DNA of 64,000 nucleotides from sequence record OR496884.1, one strand, 5' to 3'. A model generated the notes under the pieces. The model was not told the origin of the DNA. It ran no database searches and saw only the letters and a list, made by a program, of their open reading frames with translations. This document shows, in pieces, positions 30,658-39,685 of the stretch (position 1 is the first letter of the stretch; every line of letters begins with the position of its first letter). The position numbers were made by a program, and so were the translations under genes.

Positions 30658-31344
30658 TTAAGCTTCTTTTTCTGCACGAAGTTTTTCATAACGTCGTTTG
30701 GCAGCATCGCTCATAATCTTTCGCATTTCTTCTGTTCTATTTCCTTTAGGTACTCCGCTGTCAAATTGATTTGGGATTTTGGATCTTCCTTTTTCCAATA
30801 CTTCGGGATAAATGATCCCGGAAATAATACCAGTTATATTGTAACTAAATCCAACACCGTATATAGAACTGATATGGACACAGTGTCTGCTTTGTAAAAC
30901 ATCGGGATGTCTTTCAAAAACAGAGATTTCTTTTTCGCGTTTACCGCTTATTCCAATAGGTCGGTAATAATCATCTTTTATTTGACAAAACTTTTTAGCG
31001 TCAAAAACTGTACTAATGTCTAGGGTGTGGTCAAATGCTTTTGCGGGAACTTCCATTTTCCCATATCCACGTTCACCGTATATTTTCAACAACACTGGAG
31101 AGACTTCCGATATAACAGGTACACCCCCACCGTTTCTAATAATAGCGCCAGTTTTAATCGTAATGTTTAACAGATTTGCTGGATCAATGTCACTTTTAGT
31201 TTCATCCATCATTTTATATAAATTGGTTTTAAACCGATTTAAAATCTGATTCACTTCATAAAGATACAGGACTGGTTCTAAGTCTTTTGATACTTTTGAT
31301 ATACAGTGTTTAATGGCTTCTGCTATTGTGATTTCGTTTATCAT
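30658..31344 (-). CDS. Hypothetical protein with C-terminal NUMOD3-like motif
   Basis: C-terminus RTEEMRKIMSDAAKRRY. Confidence 0.55.
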   Translation of the reverse strand: MINEITIAEAIKHCISKVSKDLEPVLYLYEVNQILNRFKTNLYKMMDETKSDIDPANLLNITIKTGAIIRNGGGVPVISEVSPVLLKIYGERGYGKMEVPAKAFDHTLDISTVFDAKKFCQIKDDYYRPIGISGKREKEISVFERHPDVLQSRHCVHISSIYGVGFSYNITGIISGIIYPEVLEKGRSKIPNQFDSGVPKGNRTEEMRKIMSDAAKRRYEKLRAEKEA

Positions 31345-31792
31345 TGAGAGTCTCTTTCATTACCTTGCTAAATTGATAATAATGAGTTCTGAGTATGCGA
31401 GTATTTTTATGGTAAATAGAAATCTTGTCATCTACCACTCGGTAATCAAATGACGCATTGGACGTTTTAAAACTTCCGCCAAATTCGGAAGGAAGCTGGG
31501 AACGAACATAACGTATTAGATTACGTTCTCGGTGTGTCAATCGCCCATTATCGAAAATGAACAATCTTCCAAATAACCCAATCAACATTCTTTCTTTAGC
31601 ATTAACAGGATTGTTAACGCATTCATCAAATGGAAGGTTATGAATTTTCATTATAGCACGAGATTTATCGGAACGACGCTCGTACTCCACAATTGTTCCC
31701 ACTTCTCCCAGAATTTTTTTGACAATGAATTTATCACCGAATTTAAATTCTGAGACGGAGAGGGGAAGACGATCAGAGATAGATATTGTCAT
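31310..31792 (-). CDS. Hypothetical early protein (160 aa)
   Basis: AAGG RBS; directly downstream of the promoter motif at 31824. Confidence 0.6.
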   Translation of the reverse strand: MTISISDRLPLSVSEFKFGDKFIVKKILGEVGTIVEYERRSDKSRAIMKIHNLPFDECVNNPVNAKERMLIGLFGRLFIFDNGRLTHRERNLIRYVRSQLPSEFGGSFKTSNASFDYRVVDDKISIYHKNTRILRTHYYQFSKVMKETLNDKRNHNSRSH

Positions 31793-31823
31793 TTTAGTTA
31801 CCTTATTCTAGTTATCCTTTTAA

Positions 31824-31840
31824 ATAATATCGGTTTAAAA
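31824..31840 (-). promoter_or_regulatory. Putative vRNAP early promoter
   Basis: Minus strand ttttaaaccgATATTAT, similar to the phiKZ early consensus TATATTAC; one of six intergenic copies. Confidence 0.65.
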
Positions 31841-31861
31841 AGATATAGAACAAAGATTATA

Positions 31862-31887
31862 AGAGACACTCCCTAAGGAGTGTCTCT
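31862..31887 (-). terminator. Terminator hairpin
   Basis: agagacactcc-ctaa-ggagtgtctct. Confidence 0.8.
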
Positions 31888-31895
31888 CATGTTAA

Positions 31896-32654
31896 TTAAC
31901 GACGTTTATTTTTATGCTGGAACTTCTGGGTTACTTCTGTGGTTTTTTCGGCAACGGTATCTTGTTGATCTTGATTTTCACTGTCGCCTTGATCAGTGAT
32001 TTCGGTTTCATCAGTCACATCTTCTTTTTGAGTTTCTTGTAACGTTTCTTCAGTTACTTTTTTCTCTTCTGTAACTGGTTCTTCCACCACCAACTTTACA
32101 GGTTCAGGTTTGATGTAGTTAACGTAAATCTGACCTGCAACTTGTGGATAATTAATAGTGATGATCCCATCGGCAAGCTTGTCGGCCTCAGTCTCTAAAA
32201 GTTCTTCAAACGTCAGATACTCACGTTCAAAATAATATCCTGTTTCAAGAATCGGATCTTTTTCAAGGTCACTGTCTTTAATAACGATCAGATGCAAATT
32301 GCCGGTTTCTTTATTGATATAAAAACCTGGTGTTTTTACAAGAGTAGGATGACCAGTCAAAACCTTTGCATTTTTACCAATCATTACAGAAAGGGGATAG
32401 GTCCGGAAGGTAATTGCTGGCGATGCAAAACCGCGACCAGTGCATTCAAAACTTACTTTCCAGTAAGATTTCTCTGCAACAATCTTTTTAACAAATTCAG
32501 GGTTACTGAAAACAACTTCGCTTTCTTTTAGGTTTTCATAAAGCTTTTTAATTTCAGCAATCTGTGCTTCGTTACCGGTTTTAACCACATCAGCGATTCG
32601 CTTTTTGGCAAACAGATCCAGCAGGAATTGCCAGGGTGTAGGTTTGTTGTGCAT
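31896..32654 (-). CDS. Hypothetical protein with acidic low-complexity tail
   Basis: AAGGA RBS before MHNKPTPW; the ORF track start at 32840 crosses a terminator. Confidence 0.6.
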   Translation of the reverse strand: MHNKPTPWQFLLDLFAKKRIADVVKTGNEAQIAEIKKLYENLKESEVVFSNPEFVKKIVAEKSYWKVSFECTGRGFASPAITFRTYPLSVMIGKNAKVLTGHPTLVKTPGFYINKETGNLHLIVIKDSDLEKDPILETGYYFEREYLTFEELLETEADKLADGIITINYPQVAGQIYVNYIKPEPVKLVVEEPVTEEKKVTEETLQETQKEDVTDETEITDQGDSENQDQQDTVAEKTTEVTQKFQHKNKRR

Positions 32655-32732
32655 TGTCCATTCCTTATCATAAAAGAGGATGTATAACTCAAACTGTTGA
32701 GTCATCATAAAATCAAAAAAAAATAAAGATTG

Positions 32733-32760
32733 AGGTTGCTGGGTGTAACCCCAGCAACCT
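32733..32760 (-). terminator. Terminator hairpin
   Basis: aggttgctggg-tgtaac-cccagcaacct followed on the minus strand by a long T-run. Confidence 0.85.
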
Positions 32761-32763
32761 TTA

Positions 32764-33201
32764 TTACAGTACATTGTCGATTGTTTCAACTTGTACCAGC
32801 TCAACAGTTTCTTTTTGAGCGGGGAAGTATTCAACAACATTCCGGCCGATTGTTTTACAGAGTTTGAAAGAGATCAAACCTGTAACCGCACCAGTGAGCT
32901 TGTTCTGATACGGATGTTCCATGGCCTTGCGGGTTGCGTAGATCAGGGCAACACCGGTCAGAGCTGCTGCTGCGGCGCTGGCACGGGTGCCGGTAGGGGA
33001 GATCAGTTCCAGACCAGTTGCCAGACCAGCACCGATCACGGCACCCATCATGTTGTTGGTCATCCCCAGGGTTTTGTCCAGCTCAACTGCAACAGCGTCT
33101 TTGTTCATACCCATCTCATTGAGCAGAGCGGTTGCTTCGTTAGCCAGGCTCTCCAGACGAACAGTTTCAGCAGATGCTACTTCGACGGTATTGTTTTCCA
33201 T
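32764..33201 (-). CDS. GC-rich early membrane-associated protein (145 aa)
   Basis: AAGGA RBS; Ala/Gly-rich hydrophobic segments; CTG/ACC/GGT codons. Confidence 0.75.
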   Translation of the reverse strand: MENNTVEVASAETVRLESLANEATALLNEMGMNKDAVAVELDKTLGMTNNMMGAVIGAGLATGLELISPTGTRASAAAAALTGVALIYATRKAMEHPYQNKLTGAVTGLISFKLCKTIGRNVVEYFPAQKETVELVQVETIDNVL

Positions 33202-33256
33202 GATGAAATCCTTAATTATTAAAGTAGGTTAAACATTGTTGTTGTTTATCACTTTA

Positions 33257-33273
33257 GTAATATAGGTTTGAAA
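33257..33273 (-). promoter_or_regulatory. Putative vRNAP early promoter (exact TATATTAC)
   Basis: Minus strand tttcaaaccTATATTAC, about 55 nt upstream of the start codon. Confidence 0.8.
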
Positions 33274-33290
33274 GTTTCATCATATTAAAC

Positions 33291-33983
33291 TTATTTATAA
33301 ACACCGGCTTTATGGTGAAAGCGACAAACTGAATAATACAAATCGTTTCCACCAACACAAATTTGATCGCCTTCACGTATTACATTACCACTTTCATCAA
33401 CCCGCAGTACGTGAGTGGCTTTACGTTTACAATGACAAATTCCTTTTAACTCTTTCAATTCTTCAGCGTTAGCCATAATAAATGCTGAAGCTGGGAACGG
33501 TTTCCCTTGAAAGTCATTACGAAGACCAAAAGCTAAAACAGGGATATCAAGATAGTCAACAATATCAGTTAGTTCTTTAACTTGCTTTTCAGTTAAGAAT
33601 TGAACTTCATCGACTAAAAAGCAATCCACCCGTTTATCAAAACTTTTACCAAAGTTAACCATTTGTTCATGTTCAGAGGGTGGGTTTTCAATATGCATTG
33701 CTTTCATAGCAGTAGCTACTCGAACATCAAAATGACGTTCTTCCGCGCCCGCCAGATGAGCCGCTAAATTGAATAGATTTTCTTTTCGATCAAATAAAAC
33801 AGCATTTGCAGATAACCCTGCACGACATTTAACAAACTCTTGCTCTCCGTCGCGATCATCTAAAGCCGGTTTCAGAATAATTGGATTCTGAGCTTGTTCA
33901 CGGTAATTAAAATGACTCATGATCAATGTAGCGGTTTTGGAAGAGTTCATTGGACCAAAATTAAAATAAATCTTTTTAGGCAT
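33291..33983 (-). CDS. tdk: Thymidine kinase
   Basis: GPMNSSKT, FLVDEVQF, FGLRNDF, LKGICHCKRKA, YYSVCRFH; GGGG RBS before MPKKIY. Confidence 0.95.
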   Translation of the reverse strand: MPKKIYFNFGPMNSSKTATLIMSHFNYREQAQNPIILKPALDDRDGEQEFVKCRAGLSANAVLFDRKENLFNLAAHLAGAEERHFDVRVATAMKAMHIENPPSEHEQMVNFGKSFDKRVDCFLVDEVQFLTEKQVKELTDIVDYLDIPVLAFGLRNDFQGKPFPASAFIMANAEELKELKGICHCKRKATHVLRVDESGNVIREGDQICVGGNDLYYSVCRFHHKAGVYK

Positions 33984-33999
33984 TTCGTAATCCCCTTTG

Positions 34000-34269
34000 C
34001 TAAAAATGTCCATGGCTGTTAATGTAAATACTTGAATCAACAACGATGGCGATGACATAAACAACAATTTCTTTATTGCTAAACAATTTATCATCTCTCC
34101 AGTAAAGAGATAATAGATACCAAATAGCAATGGGGTAAGTAAATGTTCCAAATCCTTTTAATATAAAGATTCCAAACATTGAACCTGAAAATGCAGTTAA
34201 AATAGCAAAGACTTTGATTAACGGCTCTACCTCAAACCAAACTTTTAATTGCTTAAAAAAAGTTTTCAT
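34000..34269 (-). CDS. Small multi-pass membrane protein
   Basis: Two to three hydrophobic segments; likely start MKTFFK. Confidence 0.55.
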   Translation of the reverse strand: MKTFFKQLKVWFEVEPLIKVFAILTAFSGSMFGIFILKGFGTFTYPIAIWYLLSLYWRDDKLFSNKEIVVYVIAIVVDSSIYINSHGHF

Positions 34270-34534
34270 ACCCGTAATACCCAAAAATAATAAGAATAAG
34301 TATTCCAAACCCTAGCACATGGTTAGGGTGTATAATAAAGACATCTTTTTGAAACAAGACTTTCCAAATTCTAAATAATAGGAAATAAATTATGACTTCA
34401 CCAACCCATCCAAAACCTAAAGGTTGTGTTAAACAACACAATGGATAGATTAATATTATCATCATTAAATTTATTGGCGCGCGCAAAACTTCCCTTCCGC
34501 TTAATCCTAACTCCTCATTAGTCGGGCCTTTCAT
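34253..34534 (-). CDS. Small multi-pass membrane protein
   Basis: Three hydrophobic segments; likely start MKGPTNEE. Confidence 0.55.
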   Translation of the reverse strand: MKGPTNEELGLSGREVLRAPINLMMIILIYPLCCLTQPLGFGWVGEVIIYFLLFRIWKVLFQKDVFIIHPNHVLGFGILILIIFGYYGYENFF

Positions 34535-34593
34535 ATTTACTCTCAAAATAACAATTATACCACATGATTTCAAAAATAAAACAAAAGGTTAAA

Positions 34594-34619
34594 GAGTAGG
34601 GAGCGATTGCTCCCTACTC
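34594..34619 (-). terminator. Terminator hairpin after chaperonin
   Basis: gagtagggagc-gatt-gctccctactc. Confidence 0.85.
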
Positions 34620-34626
34620 ACATTAA

Positions 34627-36219
34627 TTAACTGGCATAAGAACTATGAGAACGACCCATGATGTTGGAAAGTTTACATAGCGTTTTTGCAGTCGCCCAGG
34701 CACCAGAAAGTGCGGTCAGCGTAGCGGCGGCGTTGTCAAATACCATCGTTGGAGTAGGTTCAATTTCACCTGTTACCAAATCAAGAAATTTTGGTTGTGT
34801 TCCAAGTTTATAATTAACATCTCCTGACAAATATTTATATTGAGCAGTTAGTACATTCAAGAAATCATTGAACAGATCATCATGTTCTTTCTCAATAGTG
34901 TATTCCAGCTTGTCTTTCAACATTGAGGCGGCTTTCAAGTAACCGTAACCAATCCCTGGAAGAATGCCGTAGATCACACCAGTCCTGGCTGCTTTCATGG
35001 CATCTTCATAACGGTAGTAACGTTCACTTGCTTCACTAGGTACTGTACCTGTGACTTTAATGATGATGTTATTACCGGTTAATCGGGAAATACGATCAAA
35101 CAGGTTTTTACCAATAGGCGATTGGCGCTCAATCACGTTCATTACTTCGTATCGCTTTTTAAGCTCCTGTACAAGCTCAAGACACGTATCCTTAACCCAT
35201 TGATCATCTTGGTCAACGATCATTGAATTCGGTCCTAGAATGAATCCTGGACCTGTATAATCAAGTGGTTGATTTTCGATTTCGTGGAAATCACTAACGG
35301 AGTTTACTTTTAGCAATTCACACAAATCTCGAATAACGTTTGAACCAAGTGAACCAGGCGCATTCAATTGATACGGAAGAATGCGTGTTCCAAACTTACT
35401 GTTGACCTGTTTAAACAATGTCACTACGGTTGGATCAAAGTTTCTTGCAATGATAACAATATCACCGTCATACACCTGCTCGCTATCAGGAACTTTTACA
35501 ATGCTAGTCAGGAGCTTGACGTCAACACGAGAGATATGACCATCAACCACAATTACTCGGCACCCTGGATCTTTACTGCAAGTCTTTTGACCTTGATCAT
35601 TGGTTCGAGGGCGAAATTCATCGGTAGCGTAACTACCCAAGAAATAGATGGAGGTATTTCTTTCAACTACATCTTTGGGAAGAGACGGCGTCTTTTGCAA
35701 AAGAACGTTCGGATTATCATATTCACGATAAATGTTCAAAATACGATCAACGATTTCAGACTCGTAATTTGAAGTAGTCATCAGCATGCTTTTGAAAACA
35801 TCGCTGTTGACATCACCAGGAATAGTCATGTCATTCAGAATCTGACGAACTTCTTCAACCCATTTATCAATCAGTCGAATGTTGTTAAAGCTGATCTTAT
35901 TTTTAAAGGTCTCATAAAACTGACCAAGCATAAAGACAGTAGTAGTGGTACCATCGCCGACTTCTACATCAGTTTTAATGGATGGTTCGGTGATAATCTT
36001 TGCAATTGCATTACGTCGAGCTTCGTTAAAATCCAACGCCTTTGCAACACTGACTCCGTCTTTAGTTACTTTTGGAAGATTCTTTTCCAAGATGGTAACA
36101 TAACAACCATCCGGACCCATGGTGCTGGTAACTGCTTGTACTGCATTTTTAACAACTTCATCTACCAGAACTCGGGTGTCTTCTTTATTGGTAAAAGTGA
36201 TTTCGGTAAGAATGGACAT
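34627..36219 (-). CDS. groEL: Phage GroEL-like chaperonin (EL gp146-type)
   Basis: TMGPDG, TKDGVSVA, GDGTTT, RYEDAMKAAR, GILPGIG motifs; no GGM tail. Confidence 0.92.
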   Translation of the reverse strand: MSILTEITFTNKEDTRVLVDEVVKNAVQAVTSTMGPDGCYVTILEKNLPKVTKDGVSVAKALDFNEARRNAIAKIITEPSIKTDVEVGDGTTTTVFMLGQFYETFKNKISFNNIRLIDKWVEEVRQILNDMTIPGDVNSDVFKSMLMTTSNYESEIVDRILNIYREYDNPNVLLQKTPSLPKDVVERNTSIYFLGSYATDEFRPRTNDQGQKTCSKDPGCRVIVVDGHISRVDVKLLTSIVKVPDSEQVYDGDIVIIARNFDPTVVTLFKQVNSKFGTRILPYQLNAPGSLGSNVIRDLCELLKVNSVSDFHEIENQPLDYTGPGFILGPNSMIVDQDDQWVKDTCLELVQELKKRYEVMNVIERQSPIGKNLFDRISRLTGNNIIIKVTGTVPSEASERYYRYEDAMKAARTGVIYGILPGIGYGYLKAASMLKDKLEYTIEKEHDDLFNDFLNVLTAQYKYLSGDVNYKLGTQPKFLDLVTGEIEPTPTMVFDNAAATLTALSGAWATAKTLCKLSNIMGRSHSSYAS

Positions 36220-36248
36220 TCTTTATTTTCCTTTTCTAAATAGAGGAG

Positions 36249-37010
36249 TTAAACAGACTTTAATTCTTGCTTGGTTAAATAATCCAGACCGGCCACCATT
36301 GTTTTCAAAGTTGGCCTTTTAGGTGGGACTGGAACAAATTGTTTTAAATCATATTCTTTTAAAAATTCATCGCTCAACAATGGAGCGTTTTTGATTGTCT
36401 TTGGTGTATCAGAGGTATGAGCTAACTTTAATCCTTCACGAGTCAAAATAATCCAATTGGATTTATCAACTTCCCTAAATATAACACCATCAACAAGTCC
36501 ATTTGTTCCTAGCCAAAGTACATCCATGCCTGTTAAATAAATCGTCTTGCTATCAAACAACCGAGTAACATCAGGAATCGGGAGTCCTGAAGCAATTGCA
36601 ATATCTTTATGACCTTGCTGAGATTGTGCGACTAAATGCGGGAGTACTGAAAACAATTCTTCATGTTCTCGATCGCCTAAATTATAGGCCGGTTCATGTT
36701 GAAACCAAACGGTGTTGGCGTAGGTCAACCGAAGACATTTAGTACCTGTAAACAAATACCAACAAGCACTTGAAATTCTTGAGGTTGCTACGATTACAAT
36801 GTCGTAAGGTTTGGTTTCTAATATCTCTTTAGCAGCCATTGCTGCTGCTATATCCCCACCAGGACTAGAAATATTTAATTTTAAAGCATCTATTTTATCA
36901 ATGTCAACAATGGACACAAATTGTTGAGTAATAAATTTTGCATTGAATGTGTCGTGAACATAAGCAGTATGAAGATTACCCAGAGGTGTTTCATTTTGAA
37001 CATCAGACAT
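36249..37010 (-). CDS. clpP: ClpP-like serine protease subunit
   Basis: ISSPGGD, ISSACW (catalytic Ser position), FQHEP (catalytic His position). Confidence 0.8.
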   Translation of the reverse strand: MSDVQNETPLGNLHTAYVHDTFNAKFITQQFVSIVDIDKIDALKLNISSPGGDIAAAMAAKEILETKPYDIVIVATSRISSACWYLFTGTKCLRLTYANTVWFQHEPAYNLGDREHEELFSVLPHLVAQSQQGHKDIAIASGLPIPDVTRLFDSKTIYLTGMDVLWLGTNGLVDGVIFREVDKSNWIILTREGLKLAHTSDTPKTIKNAPLLSDEFLKEYDLKQFVPVPPKRPTLKTMVAGLDYLTKQELKSV

Positions 37011-37013
37011 CGA

Positions 37014-37259
37014 TCAGCTCCTGTTGGTTTTAGATTTGATAATTGTACTGAGTGTTAAAAGTCCTAATAACAAATGGAAAATAGGCCAGAATAAAACAAT
37101 ACCGAATTGAATCAAAAATGCATATAACTTTTGTTTAAGAGTGTTCCGATGAGGCATTCCAAAACACCACCAGAATCTACCCAAGGATAATAGACCCAGA
37201 TAAAGATAAATAATTACGCCGACTAACCCAGCGAATATTAATAGTAGTGAACTTAACAT
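37014..37259 (-). CDS. Small two-TM membrane protein
   Basis: Two hydrophobic segments; AAAGG RBS; first gene after the promoter motif at 37289. Confidence 0.6.
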   Translation of the reverse strand: MLSSLLLIFAGLVGVIIYLYLGLLSLGRFWWCFGMPHRNTLKQKLYAFLIQFGIVLFWPIFHLLLGLLTLSTIIKSKTNRS

Positions 37260-37288
37260 TTGAAATACCTTTTGTGGATTACATAATA

Positions 37289-37305
37289 ATGATATCTGTT
37301 TGAAA
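37289..37305 (-). promoter_or_regulatory. Putative early promoter
   Basis: Minus strand tttcaaacagATATCAT. Confidence 0.6.
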
Positions 37306-37322
37306 TATTTTAAAGCGTATAA

Positions 37323-37352
37323 AATCCCTACTTAGATATCTAAGTAGGGATT
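37323..37352. terminator. Perfect 30-bp palindrome, probable terminator
   Basis: aatccctacttagat|atctaagtagggatt. Confidence 0.8.
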
Positions 37353-37356
37353 AATA

Positions 37357-37908
37357 TCACAATTGTTTTTGAACCACTTCTTTTGATTCTGGTTTCAATC
37401 CTTGTTTGGTATAGAAATTAAGTTCTTCGTTACCAATAGTTTTTTCCCAAATGTTAAAATCGCATTTATCGGAAGTAAAGCTATCGTGAAAACGAAGATC
37501 CCAATCTTCCCAAGAACCTTCAACTTGAATGTCCGCAAGATTAACTGTTTTTACATTAGTCACGTAAACACGATCAATGTATTCCCTGAGAATTCGAATG
37601 GTCTCAGCGCCACCAATGATCATGATCTCTGGAAAGCTAGCATACTTTTCCAAAACCTTGTCAAAATCATTAAAAACTTCAGCACCAGGAATATGTTCAA
37701 CACGATTACTGAGAACTACGTTAACGCGTCCAGGAAGCGGTTTAACAGGAAGTGAATCCCACGTCTTATATCCCATTACAACGACTTTGTTGAGTGTGTG
37801 CTTTTTAAACCAAGCAAAGTCTTCCGGAATAGCCGGCCATGGGAGTTTATTTTCATTTCCCATTCCACCACATTCATCAACAGCAAAAATGGCACTTACA
37901 ATGCTCAT
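37357..37908 (-). CDS. folA: Dihydrofolate reductase
   Basis: GMGNENKLPW, EDFAWFK, VVMGYKTWDSLPVKPLPGRVNVVLS, IMIIGG. Confidence 0.96.
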   Translation of the reverse strand: MSIVSAIFAVDECGGMGNENKLPWPAIPEDFAWFKKHTLNKVVVMGYKTWDSLPVKPLPGRVNVVLSNRVEHIPGAEVFNDFDKVLEKYASFPEIMIIGGAETIRILREYIDRVYVTNVKTVNLADIQVEGSWEDWDLRFHDSFTSDKCDFNIWEKTIGNEELNFYTKQGLKPESKEVVQKQL

Positions 37909-38417
37909 AGAAATTTTCCTGCGTTAACTGTTCCTGAAACCCAACCTGTTTTAGTGTAGAATTCAACAGCGTCTTTATTTCGACCATCATAGCAAAGAGA
38001 AAGGAATGTAAAGTTTCGCATTCTAGCTGCTCGACCTAAACGTTCCATTAACTCTTTACCGTGACCTTGTTTACGATATCCAGGATTTGTCATGACATAA
38101 GTAATGATCAACTCTTTGGCATAATCATCAACACCGTAGGTGACACGCGCAATGCTAACAAGATTACCCTCATAACGAAGTGCAACCAAATAAATACCAG
38201 CGTGAGGCCAATCAACAAAGAAGAGATCAGAAAGAGTATGAAGAGTGCGATTACGTTTATTACCTTCCTGCTCATATGGAAAAGATCGAAAATTTCTTTC
38301 GTTGTTAAGAAGATCATTTCCCCAAGTTAGAATATTTCCAATTTCAACTTCGGTTAACGCTTCAATTGCAGCTTCATAATCTAACCAGAGAAATTCATAA
38401 TTCTTTTCAATGCTCAT
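37905..38417 (-). CDS. GNAT-family acetyltransferase
   Basis: Motif A YVMTNPGYRKQGHGKELM; motif B NKDAVEFYTKTGW. Confidence 0.9.
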   Translation of the reverse strand: MSIEKNYEFLWLDYEAAIEALTEVEIGNILTWGNDLLNNERNFRSFPYEQEGNKRNRTLHTLSDLFFVDWPHAGIYLVALRYEGNLVSIARVTYGVDDYAKELIITYVMTNPGYRKQGHGKELMERLGRAARMRNFTFLSLCYDGRNKDAVEFYTKTGWVSGTVNAGKFL

Positions 38418-38964
38418 TTTTCATTCGTTCCATTAATTCTTCATGGGTAATCAAACGAGACGTTTCTTCCCCTTTCTTAAGGAAGGAGAGTAACAAACCA
38501 GAAGTGTCCAATTGTTTTTTGTTGGTTAACGTTCCAGTAACAGTTAGTACAACGGGTGAGAAAGTTTGCTTTTCACTGTTCTCATCTGAGGTACAAGCAA
38601 ACCAAATAGCTTGTTTAACTGGATTAATGAATACACCTTCGGGAAGATTCTCTTGACGAACAAACCGTTGTTCATCTTCTAACCAACAAGGAATGTCGTG
38701 ACCAAAATAACGAAGGTCTCTTTCCATTCTTGATTTACCAGTATAGTGGTACTGATGAACTTCATTATCAGGGATAGAGCGAATTTCAGCTACTTCACTG
38801 TCTTCTACCCGACGACTGGAACCTGACCAACTGTTCCCGTTTGGATACATTGCTTTAAGCACTTCACCTGTATGAAGTTTAACGTCGTAGTTTGTTTTAA
38901 AGCGCCAACCATTGTAAGGAAACCAAACACCAGTAACAAATGTTGAATGATTTAATTTCTTCAT
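38407..38964 (-). CDS. Hypothetical protein (185 aa)
   Basis: Coupled in the operon. Confidence 0.6.
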   Translation of the reverse strand: MKKLNHSTFVTGVWFPYNGWRFKTNYDVKLHTGEVLKAMYPNGNSWSGSSRRVEDSEVAEIRSIPDNEVHQYHYTGKSRMERDLRYFGHDIPCWLEDEQRFVRQENLPEGVFINPVKQAIWFACTSDENSEKQTFSPVVLTVTGTLTNKKQLDTSGLLLSFLKKGEETSRLITHEELMERMKNEH

Positions 38965-39609
38965 TTAAACAGCCTCCATGCGTTGTTTAGCGAGTTCCAG
39001 TAGATCACCTATCCCTTTGTATTCATATTGATAGCGATACGCTGGAAAGCGATTTAAGCGATTATAAATGACGAGTTCTTTCATCGTTGGATGAACAGTA
39101 TGGTGGTCACCAAGCGGATTGTCATCTAACAAAAGAATTTCTGTATTGGGATGGTGTTCTTTTAGATATACAATTTTGTCAGGATGTTTAGCAGGATCCA
39201 ACACATGAATACGATCAAATAGATGTTCGATCATAGCTGTTTTCAGCCAACGCTTGGTGTAATTCAACCCTTCTTTGTGATAACCTCGATGTGTACATAT
39301 AACGTAACTAACATGTTCAGGATATTTCTCTTTAAAATCCTGAAAAAATCGCATCGAAGATCGGGTTCCAATTGGTGTTGGTCTAGCGTGCAACATGAAA
39401 TGACCAGGTCTAATAATCTCACGATCAACATGTAACTTGATCTCAAGAGGATAGTTCAGTGTTGATGTATGTTGTTCTAACTCAATTACCTTTTCCAATT
39501 CTTCAAGCATATTGTTTTTAGCAAAGAACTGTTTGATGTTTTCGTTGATATAAGCACCGGTATTAACCAAAGTGTCGTCTTTATCAAATGCTATCACTAA
39601 TTTTTTCAT
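38965..39609 (-). CDS. HAD-superfamily hydrolase (nucleotidase-like)
   Basis: Motif I AFDKDDTLVN, motif II ICTHR, motif IV LLLDDNP; AGGGA RBS before MKKLV. Confidence 0.8.
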   Translation of the reverse strand: MKKLVIAFDKDDTLVNTGAYINENIKQFFAKNNMLEELEKVIELEQHTSTLNYPLEIKLHVDREIIRPGHFMLHARPTPIGTRSSMRFFQDFKEKYPEHVSYVICTHRGYHKEGLNYTKRWLKTAMIEHLFDRIHVLDPAKHPDKIVYLKEHHPNTEILLLDDNPLGDHHTVHPTMKELVIYNRLNRFPAYRYQYEYKGIGDLLELAKQRMEAV

Positions 39610-39633
39610 ATTGTCCCTAAATAACAAAATAAT

Positions 39634-39668
39634 AAAAGGGTATACTGCCACACGCAGTATACCCTTTT
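39634..39668 (-). terminator. Terminator-like hairpin
   Basis: aaaagggtatactgc-cacac-gcagtataccctttt. Confidence 0.75.
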
Positions 39669-39685
39669 TAGTCTTATTTGAATAA

